Made by a program: the position numbers and the translations under genes | In this document: positions 1 through 9,427 of the stretch, piece by piece | Numbering within the stretch: the stretch's first letter is position 1 | Layout of the letters: the number at the start of each line of letters is the position of its first letter | Notes under the pieces: model-generated | The model's database searches: none | Told to the model about the DNA's origin: nothing | The model's input: the letters and a program-made list of their open reading frames with translations, nothing else | NCBI GenBank assembly: GCA_963663475.2 | Contig: CAXXJV010000002.1 | Coordinates: 128,001 to 192,000, forward strand | Direction of reading: 5' to 3' | From: Candidatus Cloacimonadales bacterium | Lineage (GTDB): Bacteria > Cloacimonadota > Cloacimonadia > Cloacimonadales > JAFGVF01 | DNA: 64,000 bases

Positions 1-498
1 AAACTGGAAATGCACAAAAGTCATTCTTGAATAGCAATATTTAAACACGCAAAAATATATCTTTTTCCGCTCTTTATTTGATAGTTTAATATAACATTCT
101 CCAGGATCTACTTGCATCTGAATCCCTGGCTTATAACTTACGACTTTGTAATATCTTTTTGTTGGTAGTTCTAAGCTCTCTTTAATTCTTTTAGAAAAAT
201 TAAAAAAACCTCTTTGACTTATCTGTAAATCTTCATAATCTCTCTTAAATATTTTGTATAATTTGCTTAGTCTCATCTTTGGATTTGATGATATTTTCTG
301 AGTTATTGCTTCTCTGTGAACTTCTAAAACACTCGGTCTTCTAACTTTTGTTAAAAGCTCTTCTACTTCATTATCAGGTACATTTAAATAGCGTAAAACA
401 GTTGTTTTAGATACTTTTAACTGCTTGGCTATATCTCTTACACTATTACCTGCTTTGCTTAACGACTTGATTGCATGATACACTTTGGCTCCTTTCAT
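1..498 (-). CDS. istA: IS21-family transposase IstA, N-terminal part (runs off the window start)
   Basis: Manual translation of the minus strand from ATG 498: MKGAKVYHAIKSLSKAGNSVRDIAKQLKVSKTTVLRYL (HTH) ... KPGIQMQVDPGE ... FKYCYSRMTFVHF. These are IstA-type motifs. Frame open to base 1; GGAG RBS upstream. Missing from the ORF track. Confidence 0.88.
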   Translation of the reverse strand, partial: MKGAKVYHAIKSLSKAGNSVRDIAKQLKVSKTTVLRYLNVPDNEVEELLTKVRRPSVLEVHREAITQKISSNPKMRLSKLYKIFKRDYEDLQISQRGFFNFSKRIKESLELPTKRYYKVVSYKPGIQMQVDPGECYIKLSNKERKKIYFCVFKYCYSRMTFVHFQF

Positions 499-587
499 AT
501 TGTCTCCAGGAATTTTTACTTTTTTACTCCTGAAAACTGTACCAGATTAAACTGCCATTTGTGTACCAGTTTAAACTTCCATCTACA
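1..587 (-). mobile_element. IS21-family insertion sequence, left end
   Basis: The minus strand begins TGTAGATGGAAGTTTAAACTGGTACA at 587. Two tandem subterminal repeats (tgtaccagattaaactgccat 538-558; tgtaccagtttaaacttccat 562-582) are typical of IS21 ends. Confidence 0.8.
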
Positions 588-598
588 CTTCCACAAAA

Positions 599-1011
599 CC
601 AAGCTTGAAAAGCTTGGTGCCGGCAGGGATGCCAGCGCTCCCAGTCTATGGTACATTATCTCAAATAACGACCTAACCCTGTAAGGGATTAATAGAAAGC
701 TTGCAAGTTTAATTAATAAGTATGGATCTCTTTTAAGTAGAGTTGGTACTACTATAATACTAAAAAAATACTAGAATTTTTTCTTGAAACTAATGGCGGA
801 AGAGGCCGTCCAGACTGTGTAAAAAGAAATAGTCTATCCACGGATTACACGAATTTCACGAATTACTTTTTGCTAAAAAGCAAAAAAAAGAGAAGATAGG
901 AGATCCTTAATACAGAGTTCACAGAGCTTGCCACAGAGTTACACAGAGTTTAGGAAAAAATTAGCTTGCTAAAAGTCTGCCCGTATTTGGGTCGCGGGAT
1001 TCCAGCCCGCG
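599..1011. repeat. Cluster of short REP-like hairpins and simple repeats
   Basis: ccaagcttgaaaagcttgg (599-617), tgccggcagggatgccagcgctcccag (618-644), ggcggaagaggccgtcc (795-811), ccacggattacacgaatttcacgaat (~838-863), 4x ACAGAG (912-948), cgcgggattccagcccgcg (993-1011). These are GC-rich motifs in AT-rich DNA. Confidence 0.6.
662..710 (+). repeat. Repeat D copy 1 (caaataacgacctaaccctgtaagg...gcttgcaagttt)
   Basis: Near-identical to 8808-8866. Confidence 0.75.
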
Positions 1012-1109
1012 TTTACGCAGATGACAAGCGGTTACGGGGCCTATGGAATAATCTTACATCATAGAATATAAGGATATTCATGACTATATAATAAGTTTAA
1101 GCCTTTTAA

Positions 1110-1147
1110 TCCGAAGTCCCTTACCTACGCTTGAGGAATACCGGTCT
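1110..1147 (+). repeat. ~38 bp imperfect hairpin, repeat C copy 1
   Basis: tccgaagtcccttacctacgcttgaggaataccggtct; also at 8907, 57458 and 57506. Confidence 0.8.
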
Positions 1148-1171
1148 TATCAATACCCTTATCATCCTTAT

Positions 1172-1232
1172 TCCTTCCTTTACAGTCTTTCGATGAAACT
1201 GGGACTTTCATCGAAAGACTGTAAAGGAAGGA
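1172..1232. repeat. Perfect 27 bp inverted repeat with 7 nt loop, repeat B copy 1
   Basis: TCCTTCCTTTACAGTCTTTCGATGAAA-ctgggac-TTTCATCGAAAGACTGTAAAGGAAGGA; imperfect extension to 1162-1242. Confidence 0.95.
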
Positions 1233-1336
1233 TTAGGGATGAATAGAGGAGAATATAGTTTTTTCTCAGTAATAATTGTGAAATAAAATAGGGTCTTTCA
1301 GGATAAAGTATTGGGAAGAAGGTGGCTTGATGGTTG

Positions 1337-1531
1337 AACCCAATAATGCATTAGATCTTTGCGAATAGCAGAATCTTCTTTTGCAAGAGTAAGCTACATA
1401 ATTTTCATGAAAATATATATATTATGCATTCAAATTCTGTGACTTATTTTGCTAACAGAATCTAGCACTCTTCACCTGTGATAGGTAGCTTTAGCAAAAT
1501 ATCATCAAAGTTCAAATGCACTATTCGGGTT
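1337..1531 (+). mobile_element. MITE family A (IS982-like ACCC ends), long copy
   Basis: aacccaataatgcattaga...aaagttcaaatgcactattcgggtt; has a ~30 bp extra segment shared with the copy at 57351. Confidence 0.8.
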
Positions 1532-1635
1532 GAACAGTCTCTAAATAAGATTCGATTAAAAAATATCTTTTTTTATTGACAAATTATCCCTTACCTACAA
1601 AAAGAAGAGAAAATGAGTTTCTAATGGAGAATTAT

Positions 1636-2586
1636 ATGAAAAATATTCTGATTCTTGGTGCTGCTGGTCAAATAGGTTCTGAATTAGTTCCTTACCTTAG
1701 AGAAAGATATGGTGCTAACAATGTTGTAGCTACTGATGTTCATAGTAATTGCGGTCCTGCTGTAACAGAAGGTGGACCTTTTGTAGTATGTGATGCTTTA
1801 GATGCTAAAAAACTAAATGAATTAGTTGATAAGTACAAAATTGATACTATTTATAATTTGGTTGCTATGTTGTCTGCAAAAGCAGAAGCTGATCCAAAAT
1901 TTGGTTGGGATTTAAACATGGGTGTCTTATTCAATTGTTTAGAGATTGCCAGAGAAAAGAAAGTTGCAGTCTTTACTCCAAGTTCTATTGGAGCTTTTGG
2001 TCCTGAAACTCCTCTTGATAATACTCCTCAAGATACAATCATGCGACCTAAAACTATCTATGGTGTATCTAAAGTAGCTGGTGAGTTATTAGCAGATTAC
2101 TATGTAAAAAGATTCGGAATTGATGCACGTGGAGTTCGTTATCCAGGTATCATTTCTTATGTTACACTACCTGGTGGTGGCACAACAGATTATGCTGTGG
2201 AAATATACTATGAAGCAATTAAGCAAAAAACTTATTCATCTAATTTAAAAGCTGGAACTTATCTTGATATGATGTATATGCCAGATGCTTTAAAAGCTGC
2301 TGTGGAAGTAATGGAAGCAGATCCTGCAAAACTTATTCATAGAAACTGTTTTAATGTAGCTTCAATGAGTTTTGATCCAGAAATAATTGCAAATGAAATT
2401 AAAAAGCACATTCCTGATTTTACCTTAACTTATAATGTAGATCCAATGAAACAAGCTATTGCTGAAAGCTGGCCTAATAGTATGGATGATTCAGCTGCAA
2501 GACAAGAATGGGGATGGAATCCTAGTTATAATTTAGAAAGTATGACTGTTGATATGTTAGAAAAATTAAAAGAGAAACTTAAATAA
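1636..2586 (+). CDS. L-threonine 3-dehydrogenase-like extended SDR (NAD-dependent epimerase/dehydratase family)
   Basis: GAAGQIG Rossmann motif, PSSIGAFG, YGVSK, PGGGTTDYA motif of SDR-type TDH. Start moved to ATG 1636 after a GGAG RBS. Confidence 0.85.
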   Translation: MKNILILGAAGQIGSELVPYLRERYGANNVVATDVHSNCGPAVTEGGPFVVCDALDAKKLNELVDKYKIDTIYNLVAMLSAKAEADPKFGWDLNMGVLFNCLEIAREKKVAVFTPSSIGAFGPETPLDNTPQDTIMRPKTIYGVSKVAGELLADYYVKRFGIDARGVRYPGIISYVTLPGGGTTDYAVEIYYEAIKQKTYSSNLKAGTYLDMMYMPDALKAAVEVMEADPAKLIHRNCFNVASMSFDPEIIANEIKKHIPDFTLTYNVDPMKQAIAESWPNSMDDSAARQEWGWNPSYNLESMTVDMLEKLKEKLK

Positions 2587-2606
2587 TTTCAATTAATTAT
2601 AAATGA

Positions 2607-2632
2607 AAAAGGGACGATTAATCGTCCCTTTT
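2607..2632. terminator. Bidirectional intrinsic terminator
   Basis: Perfect palindrome aaaagggacgattaatcgtccctttt between convergent genes. Confidence 0.8.
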
Positions 2633-2648
2633 CTATATTTTGAGTTTT

Positions 2649-2814
2649 AACCCAAATAATGCAGTAGACCTTTGCGAATAGCACTATCTTCTTTTGCAAA
2701 AGTAAGCTACATAATTTTCAGGAATATATATATTATATGCCTTCAAATTCTGTAACTTATTTTGCTAAAAGAATCTAGCACTCTTCATCAAAGTTCTACT
2801 GCACCATTCGGGTT
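2649..2814 (+). mobile_element. MITE family A, 166 bp copy
   Basis: 26 bp TIRs (22/26 match): AACCCAAATAATGCAGTAGACCTTTG / CAAAGTTCTACTGCACCATTCGGGTT; nested internal inverted repeat. Confidence 0.85.
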
Positions 2815-2816
2815 TA

Positions 2817-2856
2817 AACCCAAATAATGCACTATTATCTAAGCACCATTCGGATT
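2817..2856 (+). mobile_element. MITE family A, minimal ends-only copy
   Basis: aacccaaataatgcac-tattatcta-agcaccattcggatt, abutting the tldD stop codon. Confidence 0.65.
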
Positions 2857-4298
2857 TAGGCTTTTACATTACATACGATATTTTTAAATCTAGCAGGAGC
2901 AACACCATGTGAAAGGTGCATAGCTTGGCCAGGTTCACCTTTTCCACAGTAAGAAGTACCATGGAATTTCCATTCTGATTCAGAGCATACACCATCACAA
3001 GCAGCCCAGAATTCAGGAGTAATACCAAAATAAGTAGGTTCTTTCACGATACCAACTATTTGGCCATCAACAATTTTATAACCAATTTCGGTAGTGAATT
3101 GGAAGTTGTTTCTATTATCATCAATTGACCAAGTTTTAGTGAAATCAATGTAATATCCACGTTCTGTAGATTTGATAAGGTCTTCTAAAGAACCAGCTTT
3201 ACCAGGAGCTAAACAGAAGTTAGTCATTCTAACTAGAGGGAAATCATCTGCAAAAGATGCCATCATATTAGAAGAAGCTTCTAGGCCTAATTGTGGAGCT
3301 ATTTCTCGAGAAGTTTGTTGGTCTAAGAGAATACCATCTTTTATGATATCAACTCTTCTTCCTGGAACACCTTCATCATCAACTATGTGATAACCAATAC
3401 CACGTGGGTCAGTTGAATCACTATAGATATTGACATGCTCAGAACCATATTGGAAGTTTCCTAGCATTTCAGGCTTAATAAAGGTTTTACCAGCATAAGA
3501 AATTTCCATACCTAAGATTCTATCTGCTTCAGTGGCATGACCAACACTTTCATGAAGCTGTAAAGCAAGATGACCACCGCCGATAATAATGTCTGCTCTT
3601 TCTTCTTCAATAGTAGGAGCATCAAGTAAGTCAATGACTTCTTTAACTATTCTATCAACATTTTCTTCAAGTTTAGCATTTCTTACAACCTCAAAACCAC
3701 CTCTTTGAGTAGACATATGTCCTGGCCAGGTTCTGGTTTGCATGCCATTATTATTGACAGCAATAACCGACATAGAAGGCATAGTATCATAGACAAGGCT
3801 ATCAACAAAAGTTCCTTCTGTATTAGCATAGATTTTGTATTGTCTGTAAAAATCAGCATGAACTGAAGAGTGAATAATCTGAGAGTTTTCGTTTAGCTTA
3901 TTAGCAATATTTTGGAAATACTCAATTTTTTGATCATCAGGCATGGAGAAGGGGTCTTCAGTAGGTGTAAAGAAATAGGAAGCTTGGGTAGGCTGAATTG
4001 CTTTAAAGGCTACTGGAGTGTGTCTGAATTTAGCACTATGTTTTGCATTGCTGATAGCAAGTTTAATTAAAGAATCAACTTTTCTAACATCAATTACATC
4101 AGTACCAGCAAAGCCCCAACATCCATCAACCAAAACTCTTATTCCGAGGGCTTCTGCATCAGTTGATTTGGAAATATGTTTAAGATTCTTCTTTTCAAAG
4201 AAGATAGTTTGACTATCTGAAGATGTGAATCTTACATCTCCAAACTGAATATCTTGTCTATTTAATTTATTAATTATATCATAGATTAGCTTTTTCAT
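2856..4298 (-). CDS. tldD: TldD metalloprotease subunit
   Basis: HESVGHATEAD (HExxxH), DDEG, RMTN, CGKGEPGQ motifs. Confidence 0.92.
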   Translation of the reverse strand: MKKLIYDIINKLNRQDIQFGDVRFTSSDSQTIFFEKKNLKHISKSTDAEALGIRVLVDGCWGFAGTDVIDVRKVDSLIKLAISNAKHSAKFRHTPVAFKAIQPTQASYFFTPTEDPFSMPDDQKIEYFQNIANKLNENSQIIHSSVHADFYRQYKIYANTEGTFVDSLVYDTMPSMSVIAVNNNGMQTRTWPGHMSTQRGGFEVVRNAKLEENVDRIVKEVIDLLDAPTIEEERADIIIGGGHLALQLHESVGHATEADRILGMEISYAGKTFIKPEMLGNFQYGSEHVNIYSDSTDPRGIGYHIVDDEGVPGRRVDIIKDGILLDQQTSREIAPQLGLEASSNMMASFADDFPLVRMTNFCLAPGKAGSLEDLIKSTERGYYIDFTKTWSIDDNRNNFQFTTEIGYKIVDGQIVGIVKEPTYFGITPEFWAACDGVCSESEWKFHGTSYCGKGEPGQAMHLSHGVAPARFKNIVCNVKA

Positions 4299-4307
4299 TA
4301 GACTCTC

Positions 4308-5639
4308 CTATATTGTTTTGGTAGATGAAGTTATGTGGAATTTACCCACTTTAACATGTGGCATCTTTACTGAAGAAATACCAAAGGAACCATAGTTAGA
4401 AGAGAAGGGTATTACAAAGCTTTTATTTTCAATTTCTGTAATATTCTCTAGGATAGAGCTTATCTTTTCAGTAAATCTGAGGTTATTAACAACCTTTGTT
4501 ATCTTGCCATCTTCAATTAAGAATGTTCCATCACGAGTTAAACCTGTAAGAGAAGTTTCCTTTACATTGATGAAGTTCATGTAGTGAAGACTAGAGATAT
4601 AGATGCCTTTCTTAACACCTGAAATCATTTCATCAAGGGATTTATCACCTTCTTTCATTACCAAACAGGATGCTTGATTACCATTGATTGGCATATCCAT
4701 TTTAAGTCCATAATAGGTATTCACTAAATAATTTTTGAAAACACCATTTTCAATTAAAATTAATTTATCTAACTTATGCCCTTCGCCATTATAGTCAAAG
4801 GTGACTAAATCTGCATCATGTGGGTCGTCATACACAGTGATGTTGCTAGGGAAAATTTGCTTGTTTTCTTTACCTTCAAAGAAGGAAGATTTACGATCCA
4901 TTGAGCCTGCCCAGAATGAAGAACCTAAATAGCTCAAATACTCACCAATACAACGGGGAGCTAAGATAACTTCATAATGACCTGCATCTAAATCAACTAT
5001 ATCAGCACAGCCAGCTATTAGTTTTCTTTCAAAACTTTCTAGTGCACTATCAAAGTCTAAATTATTAATATTTTCTCCCCCTAATGATTCTAGGATGGTG
5101 ACCATGTTTTTGTCGGCTACACCTTTAATTTCTAACATGATTGGGGAATTATAATTAATCTTATCAACTCCATTAGAATTGAGCATAGTTTCTACTTCAT
5201 AATTACAGATGAAAGTACCAAATATCTTAAAGCCATGCTTGCTAGCAACAGAAGCAAACTTCTCTAAAACTTTAATTTTCTCTTCTAAGGATAAGATCTT
5301 AATATTGTTATCTTTAGCTATTTCATCACTCTTGCTAAGATCTTGTTCAATATCTATGAAATCTTCATCATTAGGGAGTTTATTAATTAAATCAAAAGAC
5401 TCTTCTAATTTATAGCTTAGCTTCTTAACATCAGGGTCTGATATTGAGAATGATAATGATTTTTTACCATGGAATATTTGTACTCCTAGTCCTTGACTAT
5501 TCTTACTTATGTTGTAGTTAACTTGACTTTGGTAAAAGCGAAGGAAATCAGTTTGCCAAGACTTATGACTAAAGACAAATTTATAATCTTTATGTGTGGC
5601 AATAACTTCCTCGAGGAATTTTCTTAATTGTTCTTGCAT
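4308..5639 (-). CDS. pmbA: TldE/PmbA partner subunit
   Basis: TldD/PmbA fold motifs (DDP, TGLTRDG, NNLRF) with no HExxxH; adjacent to tldD. Confidence 0.85.
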   Translation of the reverse strand: MQEQLRKFLEEVIATHKDYKFVFSHKSWQTDFLRFYQSQVNYNISKNSQGLGVQIFHGKKSLSFSISDPDVKKLSYKLEESFDLINKLPNDEDFIDIEQDLSKSDEIAKDNNIKILSLEEKIKVLEKFASVASKHGFKIFGTFICNYEVETMLNSNGVDKINYNSPIMLEIKGVADKNMVTILESLGGENINNLDFDSALESFERKLIAGCADIVDLDAGHYEVILAPRCIGEYLSYLGSSFWAGSMDRKSSFFEGKENKQIFPSNITVYDDPHDADLVTFDYNGEGHKLDKLILIENGVFKNYLVNTYYGLKMDMPINGNQASCLVMKEGDKSLDEMISGVKKGIYISSLHYMNFINVKETSLTGLTRDGTFLIEDGKITKVVNNLRFTEKISSILENITEIENKSFVIPFSSNYGSFGISSVKMPHVKVGKFHITSSTKTI

Positions 5640-5651
5640 TACTAACTCCTA

Positions 5652-6950
5652 TTAATAGTAATTTAGGGTTGTAGCCTGGAAATCCCTTTTGATTAGTTTT
5701 CCAAACCCTCTTTCGTCTCGAATACCTTCTGAAATATCATATATTTTCTCTCCCCTAAGATAGGTTTGAGTTACTTTACAGTTAATCTCTACATTTTTAA
5801 AGGAAGAATAAGGATCAATATCTTCTTCTTTCAAATTAGGATCAATCACTACAAAATCAGCATGCTTATCTTTTTCAAAAGAACCTTTAACATGATCAAT
5901 ACCAAGGATTTTAGATGGATTACCAGCTAACATTCTTTCTAGATTCCCCAAAGTCATTCTCTTTGATAAATAGTATTCTGAGAATAAATAAGGGAGCATA
6001 TACTGTAGATCTAGATAGTTGACCACACCTGCAAAATCTTCCTCTGTATAATTTAAATCTTGATTTATAAAACCACTATCGGTTGAAATAGATGGAACTT
6101 TACCAGTTTGTATCAAACTATCAATTGATAAGTTAGTGTTATTTTCTTGTACTCCTGGCAGATACATACTTTCTTTATTTGCTAAAAAATAATGAGGATT
6201 GATATCATATGTACAATGATACTTTTTGGTTGAATTCATTACAAAATCAACTATCTCAGGAGAAACAATGTTAAATAAATGAACTTGAGTCTCTTGTGAC
6301 CTTCTAAAAAGTTTTTTTACAGCTTCGAATTGATACTTACTAATATCGCGCGGGTCAGCATTCTTACTCTTACAATAGTTTGGGAAATCTAAGGGGAAAA
6401 CACCAAAGAGGATTTGAGAATTTGAGAAGTCTGTGAATAACTCTAATATCTCTTCATAATCTAATGGTGAAATAGTATCATTGTTACTGTAGAGATAAAA
6501 CTCAACACCAACCACGCCATTCTTAGATAGCTCTGATATTTCTTCATTATAGTAAGGGTAGTCATCACTGTTTATCAGACCCCATATACCATAGTCAATT
6601 AGAGAATTATTCTCATAAAGTTTTGCTATTGAAGAAAAGTTATAGCCTTCAGTGAGAGGAGAATCGGTATTGCTAGAGCTATCCGCTATGTAAGTAATAC
6701 CCCCTCTTGCAGCTGCTTTTGAAGCATTGAAGAAATAGTTTTGCCAGTTCTCATGATCTGATCTAAAATGAGTATGAACATCAATCCCACCAGGTAACAC
6801 AATTTTTCCATCAAGATCAATTATTGTTGTGTTTTCTGGGGGAGTAATTGAATCTTCGCGTACATCAACAATTTTTTCGTCGAATAAAATATCAACTTTT
6901 CTCTCCTTGGTTATCCCAGCAGAGATAGTTGCATTCTTAAATAGTATCAT
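5652..6950 (-). CDS. Dihydroorotase/allantoinase-like amidohydrolase, possibly degenerate
   Basis: PGGIDVHTH, AAARGGIT, NPSKILG, KG...ADFVVID, TYLRGE; later metal ligands look altered. Confidence 0.75.
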   Translation of the reverse strand: MILFKNATISAGITKERKVDILFDEKIVDVREDSITPPENTTIIDLDGKIVLPGGIDVHTHFRSDHENWQNYFFNASKAAARGGITYIADSSSNTDSPLTEGYNFSSIAKLYENNSLIDYGIWGLINSDDYPYYNEEISELSKNGVVGVEFYLYSNNDTISPLDYEEILELFTDFSNSQILFGVFPLDFPNYCKSKNADPRDISKYQFEAVKKLFRRSQETQVHLFNIVSPEIVDFVMNSTKKYHCTYDINPHYFLANKESMYLPGVQENNTNLSIDSLIQTGKVPSISTDSGFINQDLNYTEEDFAGVVNYLDLQYMLPYLFSEYYLSKRMTLGNLERMLAGNPSKILGIDHVKGSFEKDKHADFVVIDPNLKEEDIDPYSSFKNVEINCKVTQTYLRGEKIYDISEGIRDERGFGKLIKRDFQATTLNYY

Positions 6951-7095
6951 TATCGTTCCTTATTAAGTATAAATAACATTTAACAGTGGAAAATTATATT
7001 AAATCTTATAAACATAATATTGGAATTTGCATTTTCTGTCAATTAATTTCTTGAAATATGAGTTTTTAAAAATAAAAAGACAGAAAAAGAGCTTA

Positions 7096-7260
7096 AACCC
7101 AAATAATGCAGTAGACCTTTATGAATAGCACTATATTCTTCTGCAAATTAACTTACATAATTTCTCCGAATATATAAAATATATGCGTCAAAATTCTGTA
7201 AGCTATTTTGCTAAAAGAATCTAGCACTCTTCACTAAAGTTCTACTGCACTATCTTGGTT
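7096..7260 (+). mobile_element. MITE family A copy
   Basis: aacccaaataatgcagtagacc...ttctactgcactatcttggtt. Confidence 0.85.
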
Positions 7261-7333
7261 AAAATTATGAAAACTAATGTAAAAGAAGAGAATTGATGCT
7301 TGTAATACAATTGCTAAGTAGGATTTTTTGAAA

Positions 7334-7368
7334 TGCTATTCGCAAAGTTCTACTGCAGCATTCGGGGT
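7334..7368 (-). mobile_element. MITE family A, isolated inverted end
   Basis: tgctattcgcaaagttctactgcagcattcggggt is the reverse complement of the element's left end. Confidence 0.65.
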
Positions 7369-7484
7369 AAAGATGATTAATACTTTTTCAAAAGCTAAAG
7401 CTCTCCTAGGCTAGCTGGGATTAAGAAATAGTTTGACTGATTTTCCCACACAAAAAAACTTTAAAAAAATAATAGGGAGACAAT

Positions 7485-8642
7485 ATGCAATATCGTAAGC
7501 TAAGGAATACTGGAGAGAAAGTTTCAGTTTTAGGATTTGGAGCTATGAGACTACCGACTATAAAGGGAGAAAACACAAATATAGATGAAAAAGTAGCTAG
7601 TGAAATGCTAAGATATGCCATAGATAATGGTGTTAATTATGTAGATACTGCTTGGCCTTATCATGGCTCCGGTATGGGAGAAGCTGGTATGAGTGAGCCA
7701 TTTATCGGTAAGTTTCTTCAGACTGGTTATAGGGAAAAAGTCTTGCTTGCAACCAAACTCCCTACCTGGTTAGTTGATTCTCGGACTAAAATGGATGAAA
7801 TCCTTGATCAACAACTTAAGAGGTTACAGACAGATTATATAGACTTCTATTTAGTGCATGCTTTAAACAAAAGGTCATGGCTAAAAATCAAGGAATTAGG
7901 TATATTAGATTTTCTTCAAGAGGCTAAAGCGCAAGGGAAAATAAAGCATATTGGATTTTCTTTTCATGATGATTTCCCTACTTTTAAATCTATAGTAGAT
8001 GATTTTAACTGGAATTTTTGTCAGATTCAATACAATTATTTAGATGTTAAATATCAAGCAGGTAGGGAGGGACTAAAGTATGCTTATCAAAAAGGTCTTG
8101 ATGTGATAATAATGGAACCATTAAGAGGGGGAGCCTTGGTAAATAATTTAGCTAATGAGATAAAAGATCTCTATGCAAAGAGTGAGAAGAAAAAGTCTCC
8201 TGCTGAATGGGCCTTGGGTTGGTTATGGAATCAACAAGAAGTTGGACTTGTGTTGAGTGGAATGAGTAATCTAGATCAGGTTAAGGAGAATATAGAAATT
8301 GCTGATAAAGGTATTATAGATTCTTTCACAGATGAAGAAAACCAGGTGATGGAAGAGGTTCAGAACATCTTCATCTCCAAGTTGAAAGTAAATTGTACTA
8401 CATGTAGATACTGCATGCCTTGTCCATCTGGAGTAAATATACCAGAGATTTTTACTATTTATAATAACGGCTACTTATCTGATAATGTAAAGCAGGCCAA
8501 GTTTATGTATAAGATGGGATTTTCTCCTCAAGAAAAAGCTTCAGCTTGTATAGCATGTGGAAAGTGTCAAAGCCATTGCCCACAAGGAATTGATATTATA
8601 AATAAATTGAGTATTATTAAGAAAGAGTTTGAGAGTGATTAA
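7485..8642 (+). CDS. Aldo/keto reductase with C-terminal Fe-S domain
   Basis: GFGAMRLP, DTAWPY, ATKLP; CxxCxxCxxCP and CxxCxxCxxxCP. Confidence 0.92.
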   Translation: MQYRKLRNTGEKVSVLGFGAMRLPTIKGENTNIDEKVASEMLRYAIDNGVNYVDTAWPYHGSGMGEAGMSEPFIGKFLQTGYREKVLLATKLPTWLVDSRTKMDEILDQQLKRLQTDYIDFYLVHALNKRSWLKIKELGILDFLQEAKAQGKIKHIGFSFHDDFPTFKSIVDDFNWNFCQIQYNYLDVKYQAGREGLKYAYQKGLDVIIMEPLRGGALVNNLANEIKDLYAKSEKKKSPAEWALGWLWNQQEVGLVLSGMSNLDQVKENIEIADKGIIDSFTDEENQVMEEVQNIFISKLKVNCTTCRYCMPCPSGVNIPEIFTIYNNGYLSDNVKQAKFMYKMGFSPQEKASACIACGKCQSHCPQGIDIINKLSIIKKEFESD

Positions 8643-8806
8643 ACCCAAATAGTGCAGTAGACCTTTGCGAGTAGCACTATATTATTCTGCAAAAGTAACT
8701 TGCATAATTTCTCCGAATATATAAATTATATGCGTCAAAATTCTGTAAGCTATTTTGCTAGAATAATCTGCACTCTTCACTAAAGCTCTACTACACTATC
8801 TGGGTT
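8642..8806 (+). mobile_element. MITE family A copy, starting in the AKR stop codon
   Basis: aacccaaatagtgcagtagacc...ctctactacactatctgggtt. Confidence 0.85.
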
Positions 8807-8807
8807 A

Positions 8808-8866
8808 AACCCAAATAACGACCTAACCCTGTAAGGATTTTATAGAATAGAATGCTTGCAAGTTTA
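8808..8866 (+). repeat. Repeat D copy 2 (begins AACCCAAATAACGACCTAAC)
   Basis: Matches 662-710; has an ACCC end like family A. Confidence 0.75.
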
Positions 8867-8906
8867 TTTATCTAACCAGTATTTTGCTGATGTTAACAGA
8901 ATCTCT

Positions 8907-8945
8907 GTCCAAAGACTCTTACCTAAACTTGAGGAACTCTGGTCT
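8907..8945 (+). repeat. Repeat C copy 2 (degenerate)
   Basis: gtccaaagactcttacctaaacttgaggaactctggtct. Confidence 0.65.
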
Positions 8946-8959
8946 ACTTGAGAGAGAGC

Positions 8960-8988
8960 AAAAAAAAAGTGTAGGATAACCTACACTT
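8960..8988 (-). terminator. Intrinsic terminator
   Basis: aagtgtagg-ataa-cctacactt with a poly-A run on the left (U-tract on the minus strand). Confidence 0.75.
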
Positions 8989-9008
8989 AGATCGAGTTGT
9001 GTCTTAAA

Positions 9009-9362
9009 TTATTTTAGTATTAATGTTTTTCTTTTGGTAACAAAACGTTTATTTTCTTTAACTTGTACAGTATAGTTACCGTTTGCTAAGAGGTTACCTG
9101 CGAAATCTGTACGATCCCATTCTAAAGTATAATCCCCTACATTAAAGAAAGTTGAAGCAATGGTAGTAACTACCTGCCCTTCCTGATTTAGTATTTCAAT
9201 AGTTAAGTGAACACCAGTGTTACAGTGAAAACTGATTATAGCAAGGTCACTTACAGCTTCAGGACTTACCTTGAAGTCACTAATATTATCAGAGCTCTTA
9301 TTACCAGCAAATAAAACAAAAGTAAATACTAATAAGCATAAAACAATTAATCTTTTTTTCAT
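9009..9362 (-). CDS. Small secreted protein made only of a FlgD-Ig/T9SS-like C-terminal domain
   Basis: Signal peptide; I.N..GQVV.TI...G.Y.LEWD..D..G..L.NG.Y; ends KRKTLILK. Confidence 0.7.
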   Translation of the reverse strand: MKKRLIVLCLLVFTFVLFAGNKSSDNISDFKVSPEAVSDLAIISFHCNTGVHLTIEILNQEGQVVTTIASTFFNVGDYTLEWDRTDFAGNLLANGNYTVQVKENKRFVTKRKTLILK

Positions 9363-9427
9363 AATTCCTCCACTAAACTCACCTTACATACGATGCATAA
9401 ATTATTCCATAAATGATTATTTTACTA

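Noticed and set aside
475-684. 69 aa plus-strand ORF
   Set aside because: It overlaps the IS21 end and istA start on the opposite strand and has no recognisable motifs.
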